Positions 53,221 to 64,000 of a stretch of 64,000 nt of DNA are shown piece by piece; the first letter of the stretch is position 1; every line of letters begins with the position of its first letter. The DNA lies in the NCBI RefSeq assembly GCF_009914755.1, contig NC_060928.1; one strand, 5' to 3'. The notes beneath the pieces are model-generated. The model had not been told where the DNA came from and made no database searches. It was given only the letters and a program-made list of their open reading frames with translations. The stretch comes from the human T2T-CHM13v2.0 reference genome, Homo sapiens. A program made the translations under genes and the position numbers.

Positions 53221-53965
53221 CATCTTTGTCATGAAATCTTTGGCTGTGTCTATGTCCTGAATGGTATTGACTACATTTTCTTTCAGGTCTTTTTGTAGTA
53301 TTGGGTTTTACATTTAAGTATTTAGCTGACAAATGGAATTTCATTAAACTAAAGAGCATCAGCTCAGCCAAAGTAAACATACAACCTACAGAATGGGAGG
53401 AAATTTTTTTGCAAACTGTACATTCAACAAAGGTCTAATATCCAGGATCTATAATGAACTTAAATGAATTTACAAGGAAAAAAAATCAAAAAGTGGGCAA
53501 AAGACATGAACAGACACTTTTCAAAAGAATACATACATGTGGCCAAGAAGCATATGAGAAAAAGCTCAATATCACTGATCGTTAAAGATCAGTACAGATC
53601 AAAACCACAATGAGAAAACATCTTACAGGAGTCAGAATGGCTATTGTTAAAATGTCAAAAAAATAACAGCTCTTGGTGAGGCTGTGGGGAAAAAAAGTGG
53701 AAGTGTAAAAGTTCAACCATTATGGAAGAAAGTGTGGCAATTCCTCAAACAGCAAAAGTCAAAAATACCATTTAACCCAGCAATCCCATTAGGTGGTATA
53801 TACCTAAAGAAATACAAATCATTCAAGTATAAAAATCACATGCATACATTTGTTTATTGCAGCACTATTAATGATAACAAAGATGTGGAATCAACCTTAA
53901 TGCCCAAAAATGATAGACTGGATAAAGAAAATGTGTTACATATACACTGTGGAATACTGTGCAGA
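53221..53965 (+). mobile_element. 5'-inverted (twin-primed) L1PA fragment
   Basis: 53221-53325 is antisense ORF2. From 53326 sense ORF2 resumes about 30 nt further along the L1 consensus. Confidence 0.8.
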
Positions 53966-53966
53966 C

Positions 53967-54176
53967 AGTTTGAGACCAGCCTGGCCAACACAGTGAAATC
54001 CTATATCTACTAAAAATACAAAAAATTAGCTGGGCATGGTAGCAGGCACCTGTAATCCCAGCTACTCAGGAGGCTGAAGCAGGAGAATCACTTGAACCCA
54101 GGAGGCGGAGGTTGTAGTGAGCCAAGATTGTGCCATTGTACTCCAGCCTGGGCAACAAGAGTTAACTGTCTCAAAA
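53967..54176 (+). mobile_element. AluS lacking its 5' end, no visible TSD
   Basis: Starts 'agtttgagaccagcctggccaac'. Short tail. Confidence 0.9.
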
Positions 54177-54636
54177 GAGAGAGGTAGAGTCCAAAACAAT
54201 AAAAGTTAGATATGTTAACACCCCACTTTCACCATTGGTTAGATCATCAAGAAATCAAATCAACAATAAAGCACCAAACTTAATCTGAACTATTCACCAA
54301 ATTGAACTAATAAACATTTGCAGAACATAATATTGTACAGCTGCAGAATACATACTCTTCTCATAAACACATGAAACATTCATAAAGACCATATGTTAGG
54401 CCACAAACCAAGTCTCTACAAATTCAAAAAAATAAAACAAAATTATACCAAGTATCCTTTCTAACCACAATGGAATAAAGTTAGAAACTGATATCAACAG
54501 GGGTTTTGGAACTATACAAATACATGGAAATTAAGCAGTATGCTCCTGAATAACCGTTGCATTAATTTAGAATTTAAAAAAGAAATTTAGCATTTTATTA
54601 AGACAAATTAAAATGGAAACACAACATACCAAAACT

Positions 54637-56355
54637 TTATACAGGCCCCATGCAAGTCCGAAAGCCAGCAGGGAAGTCATTAAATCTTAAAGCTCTAAAA
54701 CAACCTCCTTTGATTCCATGTCCCACATCCAGGACATGCTGATGCATGGTATGGGCTCCCAAGGGCTTGGACAGCTCTGCCTCTGTGGATCTGCAGCACG
54801 CAGACCCCACAGCTGCTTTCACCAGCAGGCATTGAGTGCCTGTGGCTTTTCCAGGCACACTGTGCAAGCTGTTGGTGGATCTACTATTCTGGGGTCTGGA
54901 GGATGGTGGCCCTCTTCTCACACTCCACTAGGCAGTGGGGATTCTCTGTGGGGGCTCAATCCTTACATTTCTCTTCTGCACTGCCTTAGAGAGGTTCTCA
55001 TGAGAGCTCCACTCCTGCAGCCTAGACATCCAGGTGTTTCCATACATCCTCTGAAATCTAGGCAGATGCTCCCAAGCCTCAACTCTTGCCCTCTGTGCAC
55101 CCACAGGCCCAACAACATATCCCATGGAAGCTGCCAAGGTTTCTTATGGCTTGCACCCTCTGGATCAGAGGCCTGAGACATATCTGGAGCCTGTTTAGCC
55201 ATGGCTGGAAATGGAGCAGATGAGATGTGGGGTGCCATGTCCCAAGGCTGCACAAGGCAGCATCCTGGCCCCACCCACAAAACTATTTTTCCCTCTTAGG
55301 CCTCCAGGTCTGTGATGAGAGGGGCGTCCACAAAGATCTCTAAAATGCTCTGGAGGCATTTTCCCCATTGTCTTGGCTATTAACATTTGGCTCCTCTTTG
55401 CTCATGCAAATTTCTGCAGCTGGCTTGAATTTCTCCCCAGAAAATGGATTTTTCTTTTATACCACATGGTCAGGCTGGAAATTTTTCAAATTTGTATGCT
55501 CTGCTTCCCTTTTAAATGTAAGTTCCAATTTCAGACCATCTCTTTGTGAACACATATGAGTATACACTGCTAAAAGCAGCCAGGGCATATCTCAGACACT
55601 TTGCTGCTAGGAAAGGTCTTCCAACAGATGCCCTTCATCATCTCTTCCAGGTTCAAATTTCCACAGATCTTTAGAGAAGGGACACAATGCTACCAGTTTC
55701 TTTGCTAAAGCACAGCAAGAGTTACCTTTGCTCCAGTTCCCAATAAGTTTCTTATCTCAATCTGAGACCTCTTTAGCCTGGACTTTATTATCCGTATCAC
55801 TATCAGCATTTTGGTAAAAACCAGTCAATAAATCTCTAGAAAGTTCCAAACTTTCCCTCATCTTTATGTGTTCTTCTGCACCCTCCATACCATTCCAACT
55901 TCTGCTTCCACATTTTCAGGTATCTTTTGTGGCAATGCCCCACTTCTCTGGTACCAGTTTTCTGTATTAGTTCACTCTCACACTGCTATAAAGAACTACC
56001 TGAAACTGGGTAATTTATAAAGAAAGAGGTTTAATTGGCTCATAGTTCTGCAGGCTATACAGGAAGCATAGCTGGGGAGGCCTCAGGAAACTTAGAATCA
56101 TAGCAGAAAGCAAAAGGGAAGCTGGTACATCGTACGTGGCTGGAACAGCAGGAAGAGAACAATGGTGGAGTTGCTACACACTTTTAAACAACCAAATCTC
56201 ATGAGAACACTATCAAGAGACAGCACTAAGGCGATGGTGCTGAACCATTAGAATCCACCCTTATGATCTAATCACCTCCCACCAGGCCCCACCTCCAACA
56301 GTCAGGGTCACAATTTAACATGAGATTTGGGTGGGACATGAGCCAAACCATATCA
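54637..56355 (-). mobile_element. MSTA-type MaLR: internal region (54637-55962) plus one LTR (55963-56355)
   Basis: 'caggccccatgcaagtccgaaagccagcaggg' is MST/THE1 internal sequence. LTR 'tgtattagt...gctataaagaactacctga...gccaaaccatatca'. Confidence 0.9.
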
Positions 56356-58001
56356 TTCAACAAATTTTTTAGCCAGTCCACCTAAATAAAAAAGGTAAAA
56401 GACCCAAATCAGTAAAATCAGAAGCAAAAAGGAGAGCTTACAACTGACACAACAGAAATTGAAAGGATCATTCGAGAAAATTATAAGCAATCATATGTCA
56501 ATAAACTGGAAAACCTAGAAGAAATGTATGTGTTTCTAGACTCACACAATGCAGCAAGTTTGAAGAAATATAAAATCTGAATACAACAATAAGAAGTAAT
56601 GAAACAAAAATAAAAATTCTTCTATCAAAGAAAAGCACAAGACCTGATCACTTCACTACTGAATTTTAGCAAACATTTAAAGATGAATTAAGGCCAATCC
56701 TTCTCAAACTATTTCAAAAAATCAAATAGCAAATACTTTTAAACTCATTCTATGAGGCCAGTATCTCTCTGATACAAAAAGTAGACAAAAATGCAACAAC
56801 GAAAAAAATCTCTCTGACTGCCTAAAATTGGGGGATATAGATAGATAGAGTTACAGGCCAATATCTCTAATGAACACAGATGGAAAAACCCTCAACAAAA
56901 ATACTAGAAAATTGAATAACACATTAAAAAGATCATTCATGATGATCAATTGGGATTCATTTCAGCAGTGCAAAGATGTTTCAACATATTCCAGTCAATA
57001 AATTGAATACATCACATCAACAAAATGAAGAAAAGTAACATGTGATCACTTCAATCGATATCAGAAAAGCATTCAGTAAAAGTTATCCCTTCATGATAAA
57101 AACTCTCAACAAACTGTTTAAAGATGGAACATGCCTCAAGTTAATAAAGGCCATATTTTACAAACCCACAGTTAGTATCAACTGAATAGGAAAAAAATTT
57201 AAAGCCTTTTGTCTAAGATCTTGAACAAGAAAAGGATGCCCACTTTCACCAGTTTTATTCAACCTCATGCTGGAAGTTCTATCCAAAATAATTAGGCAAG
57301 AGACAGAAAATGGGCATCCAAATAAGAATGAAATAACTCAAATTATCCTTGTTTGCAAATAATATAATCTTATATTTTAAAATCCTAAAGACAAAAATCT
57401 ATCTGAACTAATATAAAAAATTCACTAAATTTGCAGGATACAAAATCAACAAAGAAACATCAGTAGCATTTCTATATGTCAGCAGCAAGGAATCTAAAAA
57501 AGAAACCAAGAAATTAATAATATTTACAATAACTACAAAAAAACTAGAAATAAACCAAAAAAGTCAAAGATCACTATAATGAAAATTGTAAAACATTGAT
57601 GAAAGAAACTAAAGAGGACACAAATGGAAAGATAGTCCATGTTCATGGTTTAGAAAAAGCCAATATTGTTAAAATGTCCATACTACCCCAAGCAATCTAC
57701 AGTTTCAATGCAATCCCTACCAATGTACCAATGATATTCTTTACAGAAACAATAATTCTAAAATTATATAGATCAACCAAAGAACATGACAAAGTCCATA
57801 TATGACAATTATATAGATTAACCAAAGAACCAGAATAGCGAAATCAATTCTGAGCAATAAAAGCCAAGCAGTAGGCATTACATTACTTGCCTTCAAATTA
57901 TACTACAGAGCTATAGTAATTAAAACACCATTGTACTGGCCTAAAAACAGACCTATAGATCAATGGAACAGAATAGAAACCCATTAAATAATCCACAGAT
58001 A

Positions 58002-58422
58002 TGAAACTGGCTCAAGTGTCCCATAAAAGCAAAATTTATGGGTTTTTGGACAAACGTAATGATTGACCCTTTGAGTCTTAAAACTTAACATTTGTCTCAT
58101 CTGTGTTCCTTCTTCAGAAAACCAACCCTCAGGCACGGAATTAAAACTCATCAGAGCACCACATCCAGGCAATGAGATGCCAGATCCCTCCATCATTATT
58201 ACTTCCTTACCTCTCCCTAATTCCTGTTTCCCTCTTTCCCCTGCTATCTATATCCCCCAATTTTAGGCAGTCAGAGAGAAAGATTTGAGACTGAACCCTC
58301 ATTCTCTATAGCTGCAGCACTCAATCAGTTATTCTTCTCTGGCAATATTTGTTGTCTCCGTAATTGGCATTCTGTGTGGCAAACAATGGGACCTAGACTT
58401 GATCCCTGACATTTTAATAACA
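58002..58422 (+). mobile_element. MER66-like ERV1 solo LTR
   Basis: Starts TGAAACTGGCTCAAGTGTCCCATA and ends ...TAATAACA. L1 ORF2 is continuous across it. Confidence 0.75.
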
Positions 58423-58877
58423 CACATGCAGCCAACTCATTTTCAACAAAGGCACCAATATTATAAATTGGGGAAAGAACAGTCTCTTCAGTAAGTGGTG
58501 CTGGGAAAACTACATATCCATATACAGAAGGATAAAACTAGACAACTATCTCTTGTCACATTAAAAACGTCAAATCAGAATGGATTAAAGGCCTAAATGT
58601 AAGACCTCAAATTTTGGAACTATTAGAAGAAAACATTTGGAGAAATGTTCCAGGACATTGTGCTGGGAAAAGATTTATTGAGTAAGATCTGAAAAGCACA
58701 GGCAACCAAAGCAAAAATGGTCACATGAAATTACATCATGTAAAATGCTTTTGCACAGCAAAGGAAACAATTAACAAAGTGAAGAGACAACTCACAGAAG
58801 AGGAGAAAATATTTGCAAACTATTCAACTGACAAAGGATTAGTAACCAGGATATGTAAAGAATTCAAACAACTCAAT

Positions 58878-58908
<31 letters not shown>

Positions 58909-59929
58909 CTGATTAAAAAATTGAAAAAAAAAGAATAGACTTTTTTCAAAATTTTTTTTCAAAGAAGACATACAATTGGCCAAAGGGGATATGAAAAATG
59001 CTCAGTATCACTAATAATCAGAGAAATGCAAATCTAAACTACAATGAGATATCATCTCTCCCTGTGTAAAATAGCTATTACCAAAAATACAAAAAAAAAA
59101 TCTGGCAAGGATGCAGAGAAAGGGGAATGCTCATACACTGTTGGTGGGAGTGTGAATTAGTATTACCACTATGGACACTCCTCAAAAACTACAAGTAGAA
59201 CTACCATATGATCCACCCATCTCCCAAATGGATATATATCCAAAAGAAAGAAAATCAGTATACTGAAGATATATTTACACACCCATGTTTATTCAGCACT
59301 ATTCAAAAGAGCGAAAATATGGAATCAACCTCAACAATGGATATTCCATAAAAAGATATGGAATGCCTCAACAATGAATGTATAAAGAAAATGTGGTACA
59401 TTATACACAGTGAAATATCAGTCATGCATAAAAAATAATGAAATTCTGTCATTTGCTACAGCATGGTTGGAACTGGAGGACGTTATGATAAGTAAAACCA
59501 GTCAGACACAGAAAGAAAAATGCCTCATGTTTTCACTCATATGTGGGAGCTAAAAAAATTGATCTCATGGAGCTAGAGAGCAGAATTATGGTTACCTGAG
59601 GCTGGAAAGGGTAAATGGGGATGGAGAAATAAAGAAAGGCTGGGTAATGCAAAAGTTACAAAAATGCAATTAGATAGAAGGAATAAGATCTAATGATTGG
59701 TAGCATAATAGTGCAACTATAGTTAACAACTTATTGTATATTTCCAAATAAAAAGAAGAGTAGAATTGGTATGTTCCTAACACACAGAAATGATATCTGT
59801 TTGAAGTAATAAATATCCTAATTACCCTGATTTGATCATTTCACATCTTATCAAAATACCACATTCACCTTAAATATTTCCAACTATTATGCATCCATAA
59901 AACTTAGAAATAAAAAATATTTTAATGTC

Positions 59930-61500
59930 ATATTTGCAGTTTGGTTCTGGTGTATGTACAGACATAGAGACAAAAAAAAAAAAACAGAAAAGAATGTCTA
60001 GAAGTAAATGAAATTTACACTTACCATATAGAAGGTCCATGCTATGATATGAATGTTTGTATTTCTCAAAATTCATATGTTGAAACATAATCTAATGTTG
60101 TATGAATGTGTAGTATAGACGTTAGGGCCTTTTGTAGGTGTTTAGGTCTGATATAAACTTCTGTTGTTTATAAGCCACTGAGTCATGGTATTTTGTTGTA
60201 ATTCCTCTAACCAATAAGAGGAGTTTCTTTTAAAAAAAGTGAGAAAATTATGGTTTATATAACAATTTTATTAGATAAACAAAGTAGCTAATTCAGTGAA
60301 AAGATTAAATCTTCACCCTTCCCCTATACCCAACACAAAAATAACTCCAATGGATCAATTTCAGTTGTAAAATATGACTTTATAACAAAACTTGAAGAAA
60401 TCATGAGAGATGAAATTTGGGGAAGAAAAATGGGAGGAAATCACGGCGAAAGTATGACACGAATGTTATGAATTATAGAAGATAAAATTGATAAATTTGA
60501 CCAATTAAAAAAATAACATTGCTCAAAACCATAACATAAAAAGTAAAAAGATAAATGACAAAATAAGAAAACATTTGCTAATTATACAATAAAGAAATAA
60601 TACCTTTAATATATAAAATGTTCTTACAAATTAATAACAAAAATACCCAAGAGAGAATTGGCAAAGGAGAGTTCAGATAAAACAAAGTATAAATGACTCT
60701 TAAACATATTTTCAAAAGCTCAGCCTCAATTCTAATAAGAAAAGTACAAATTATATTAAGATAAATCATTTTATTAAAATGCTAATTTTTATAACAAGAT
60801 AATACTGTGTTTGCAGCCGGAAAGATAAACAAGTATAGCTATTGTGGTTAAGACAGTGAATTGGAATAGTCTCTGGAGAAAGAAATCTGGTAGGATCTAT
60901 CAAACTTACAAATGCAAATTTATTTTACCAGGAAATTCAATTTCTATACATTTATACTACAAATACACTTACATTTATGTAAAATTATGTATTAATAACT
61001 ATGTTTTTTAGTTATAACTAAGTTGGGAAATAATCTAAATAATAATCCATAGGGTTACTTAAAAAAATCATATACAATCCAATTTTGTGCTATTTAAAAA
61101 GGAAACTACTAGTTGACAAACAGCCAACTTGTGTGTGCATGTCTGTATGCATGTATAAGTAAAAAAGAGGGAAACAAAGCACAATGCAGAAGAGTATCAG
61201 AGTGTCATAATTTTTAGAAACAAAGGTAGAAAATCATATTCAGATAAATTTATGAGTGTGTGTTTGCCTGAATTTACATAAAATATCTATGATAGTGTAA
61301 AAGAGACACTAATGGCATAATGTATGATGTGGTTCTATGAAGGGGATCTGAATAATGGGGGAGAATGGGTGAGTGCCTGGTATTTTATTCCTAATAAATT
61401 TGAATGTATTCAAATTCAATTGAATTGTGAACCAAGTGAGCATATCATCCATTCAAAAATATGTAAATAAAATATTTGTTTGCAAAAACATTAAATGAAA
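59930..61500 (+). mobile_element. Very old L1ME-type fragments
   Basis: Degraded ORF2 end and 3'UTR motifs ('aaaattgataaatttgacc', 'ggaaataatctaaataataatccatagg'). Confidence 0.55.
60040..60210 (+). mobile_element. Internally deleted MLT1A/MST-type LTR
   Basis: 5' part 'tgctatgatatgaatgtttgt...aaaattcatatgttgaaac' joined to 3' part 'ataaacttctgttgttataagccac...ggtattttgtt'. Confidence 0.7.
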
Positions 61501-62099
61501 AGTTTTATATAGACTACAAGAAAGCTTGTTTGTCTGCATACCTTCTGAGGTGTTAAAAGACTGGCTATCCATGTTTTGGCTTGTGCTGCTTAAGTCAGTG
61601 TAGTTAGACAAAGACAGCAAGAAAGAGGCCTCTGAGCTTCTGTCTGTGTATAGGATTAGGGCATGGTGAGGGGTGGTGGCAGTGGGACATGAGGGAGACC
61701 TTAATCTTTTTAATCTTATATGAGGCAGGAAACAGCATGAGTGTCATGTGTAGCTTCAGACACTAACAAGAGTCAGATTACTTAGAAGGGTCTGGCTCTC
61801 ATTCAGTATCCACACAGAAGAGGGTTAGAAGTTCTGGGTTTTTTTTATGAGCACTAAATTTTAATACACAGTGGCTCAACTGAAAAATAAGGAAGAATGT
61901 ATGTCACATTCTGACAACTAATATTGAAAATTCTTTTTGCATGCAAGAGCAAGTAAAATGATAGGGTTAGAGAGAGAAAAGTTTCCTTTTCAATATTCAT
62001 CAAAATAGGAGAGGGGACAAAAATAAATGTTATTCTTACTGACCAAATCTAACAACTGGGTGTAGAGACAGAAATATATTTCTCATATCTCCCAATCAA

Positions 62100-62900
62100 T
62101 AATATTTAATTTTGTTGAGGGAAAGCTTGAGAAGACTAAATAGTTTTCTTTGGTAGCTAATGTAAGGTTTTCAGACTACATATCTGTTGGAGTCCTGTTT
62201 TATGCTTTCTGTTTAAACACTATAGTAAAGAATTTCCTATAGTTAATCTTGGCTATAATCTTGGAATTTGAATGGGTTCTTCTAGCTTCAAACTCATATC
62301 TTTAATCACTTTTGATAAATGCTATTCTATCACACTTCTGATTTACCTCTGTATGATGTTTTCTCAGGCAAATCATATTTCCAAGATATTTGAATTCTAT
62401 TGTCTGTATTTTTCCAAACCTTCATTGTTTTCTACCTCTTCACCATTTTGCTTCTCTTTTCTAGCATATTTCTTAGATTGTTCATCCACGTATCTATCAT
62501 GTATGGTGTTTCCTGTAGCTCTGTCTTCCTCTGCTGTAGTGTCCATCTATGAATAATATTCTAAAACTGACTGTTCTTTTCATTGTAGAGCCTGGGGTAA
62601 TTGCGCTGTAGGATGACTACCTGCCATCTTCTTGTTCATGAGCACATTATAGGCTAAAAACACAGATGCCAAAGCATGCTTACTTTTTCTGATTTTTTTT
62701 TTTTACCCAGTTTACCTAATTGCTCACTAAGATCTCATTAGTTTTTCTTGTTCTTGGCTTTCAATTTGCTCTATGATTTTTCACCTAACTTTAGACTCTT
62801 GGTTTATGGTTTTTTTTTTTTTTTTTTATTGACCTTTAGGAAAAGTTTTGCCAATTTAATTCTTCAACTACACCTCTTGATATTGTGTGGAATTCCCATG
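62100..62900 (-). mobile_element. Ancient L1/HAL1 ORF1-like remnant
   Basis: Minus strand is purine-rich with stop-riddled ORF1-like text (gatatgagtttgaagctagaagaacccattcaaattcca). Confidence 0.45.
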
Positions 62901-63114
62901 ATCCTGCCTTCTTGCCTAGTTATTACCATTTAAAAATTTCTATATTCCTGTTAAGACAATTACTTCTATTAATTTTCTACTGCTGCAGAACAAATTACCA
63001 CAACCTTACCACCTTAAAACAACATAACACGTAATATCCTGCTTCCATGAGTCAGTGTCTTGGCATACCCGAAATAGATCTTTTTCACAGGGTCTCATAA
63101 AGCTGTAATAAAGA

Positions 63115-63410
63115 AGCAGGGCAAGGTTGTGCACGATTGTAGTCACAGGTACTCAGGAGGCTGAAGCAGGAGGATTGCTTGAGTCCAGGAGTTTAAGACT
63201 GCACTGAGCCATGATCGCCCCTACCGCACTTCAAACTGCACTTCAAATGCAAGGTTGTGCATGATTGTAGTCGCAGGTACTCAGGAGGCTGAAGCAGGAG
63301 GATTGCTTGAGTCCAGGAGTTTAAGACTGCAGTGAGCCATGATCGCCCCTACTGCACTTCAAACTGGGTAGTAGAGCAAAATATTGACTCAAAGAAAAAA
63401 AAAAGGAAAA
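63115..63410 (+). mobile_element. FAM/FRAM-type Alu monomer with internal tandem duplication (period 128)
   Basis: 63121-63238 approximately equals 63249-63366 (4 mismatches). Single A tail. Confidence 0.88.
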
Positions 63411-63518
63411 GGTTCAAAAAAGGTCTCAGCCAGGGCTGTGGTCTCATCTGAATTAAGAGCCATCATCTAAACTCATGTGACTGTTGGCAGAATTAACTTC
63501 CTTGCAGTTATAAAACTG

Positions 63519-63559
63519 ATGTTGACTTGCTTATTTCCATGTTGACTTGCTTATTTCCA
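63519..63559. repeat. 20-bp perfect tandem duplication
   Basis: atgttgacttgcttatttcc x2. Confidence 0.95.
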
Positions 63560-63692
63560 GACCAACAGGCAAATCTCTTTGACCTAAATGAAGGCTCCAG
63601 TCTCTTTATAAAAATGCAGGCCTGATTAGGTAGCCCCACCTAGCATAATATCTTTTTTGATTAACTCGAAGTCAACTGACTAGGGATCTTAA

Positions 63693-63724
<32 letters not shown>

Positions 63725-64000
63725 TTTTGCAATATTCCATACGCATGACATTGATATTCCTTCTAACATGCTGGTCTCACCCACACTCAAGGTTTGGTGA
63801 TTATACAAGGGCATGGATCATTGAGGGCTATCTTATAATTGATCTATGGATGTCATGCAATCTTAATATAAATTCCAGTGGGTCTTTTTATTGAAACTGA
63901 ATGTTTTTAATAAAGAAATACAAGTGACTTACAATAGCAAAAATAACTTTTAAAAGAGGAATATATTTGAAAGACTTGATCTTTCATTTCTATACTTACT

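Larger units (their letters stand above)
50420..59920 (+). mobile_element. Near-full-length L1MA2/3-type LINE-1 broken by nested insertions and deletions
   Basis: 5'UTR about 50420-52400, ORF1 about 52400-53215. ORF2 pieces at 54180-54636 and 56356-59500 (57596..57805 NIVKMSILPQAIYSFNAIP). 3'UTR 'tagatagaaggaataagatcta...caactattatgcatccataa'. Confidence 0.8.
62965..63840 (-). mobile_element. MLT1 (E/F-type) LTR interrupted by an Alu monomer
   Basis: 'ctgctgcagaacaaattaccacaac...ttaaaacaaca', resuming 'cagccagggctgtggtctcatctg...ttggcagaattaacttccttgcag'. Confidence 0.75.

Noticed and set aside
54637-55559. Cluster of ORFs up to 152 aa
   Set aside because: MST internal-region sequence, fragmented, no intact gag-like frame.
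61397-61426. Short AT-rich palindromes (aatttgaat-gt-attcaaatt)
   Set aside because: Expected by chance at this base composition within an old L1 fragment.
62260-62660. Purine-rich minus strand resembling a processed pseudogene
   Set aside because: Stop-riddled and better explained as an ancient L1/HAL1 ORF1 remnant. No poly(A) or TSD.

Overview
Human (primate) genomic DNA. The species call rests on an AluYb8 fragment, a human-specific subfamily. The window is AT-rich and repeat-dense, with no protein-coding gene, RNA gene or CpG island that I can support. Roughly half of it is LINE-1 by my by-eye boundaries: a full-length L1PB with TSDs, a heavily invaded L1MA2/3-type element, an L1PA15/16-type element and old L1M fragments. 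It also holds about 10 Alu pieces, many LTRs (MLT2, MLT1, THE1, MSTA, MER4A, MER93, LTR8, MER66, MER34/39-like), DNA-transposon MITEs (Tigger3a, MER44, MER58, MADE1, MER85), MIR/L2 and microsatellites. The supplied ORFs I could place are repeat-derived or low-complexity, and none resembles a host gene. I found no convincing novel biological system. The most interesting items are (1) a piggyBac MER85 with two extra inverted end copies, giving three CSB-PGBD3-type palindromes; (2) an AluYb8 right arm inside the linker of an old AluS; (3) a 7-copy 39-bp minisatellite born from L1 ORF2; (4) a repeat-free block with clustered homeodomain/POU motifs; (5) several retrotransposition and repair scars. 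Subfamily names come from my recollection of consensus sequences, not from a search. Boundaries without TSDs are approximate.
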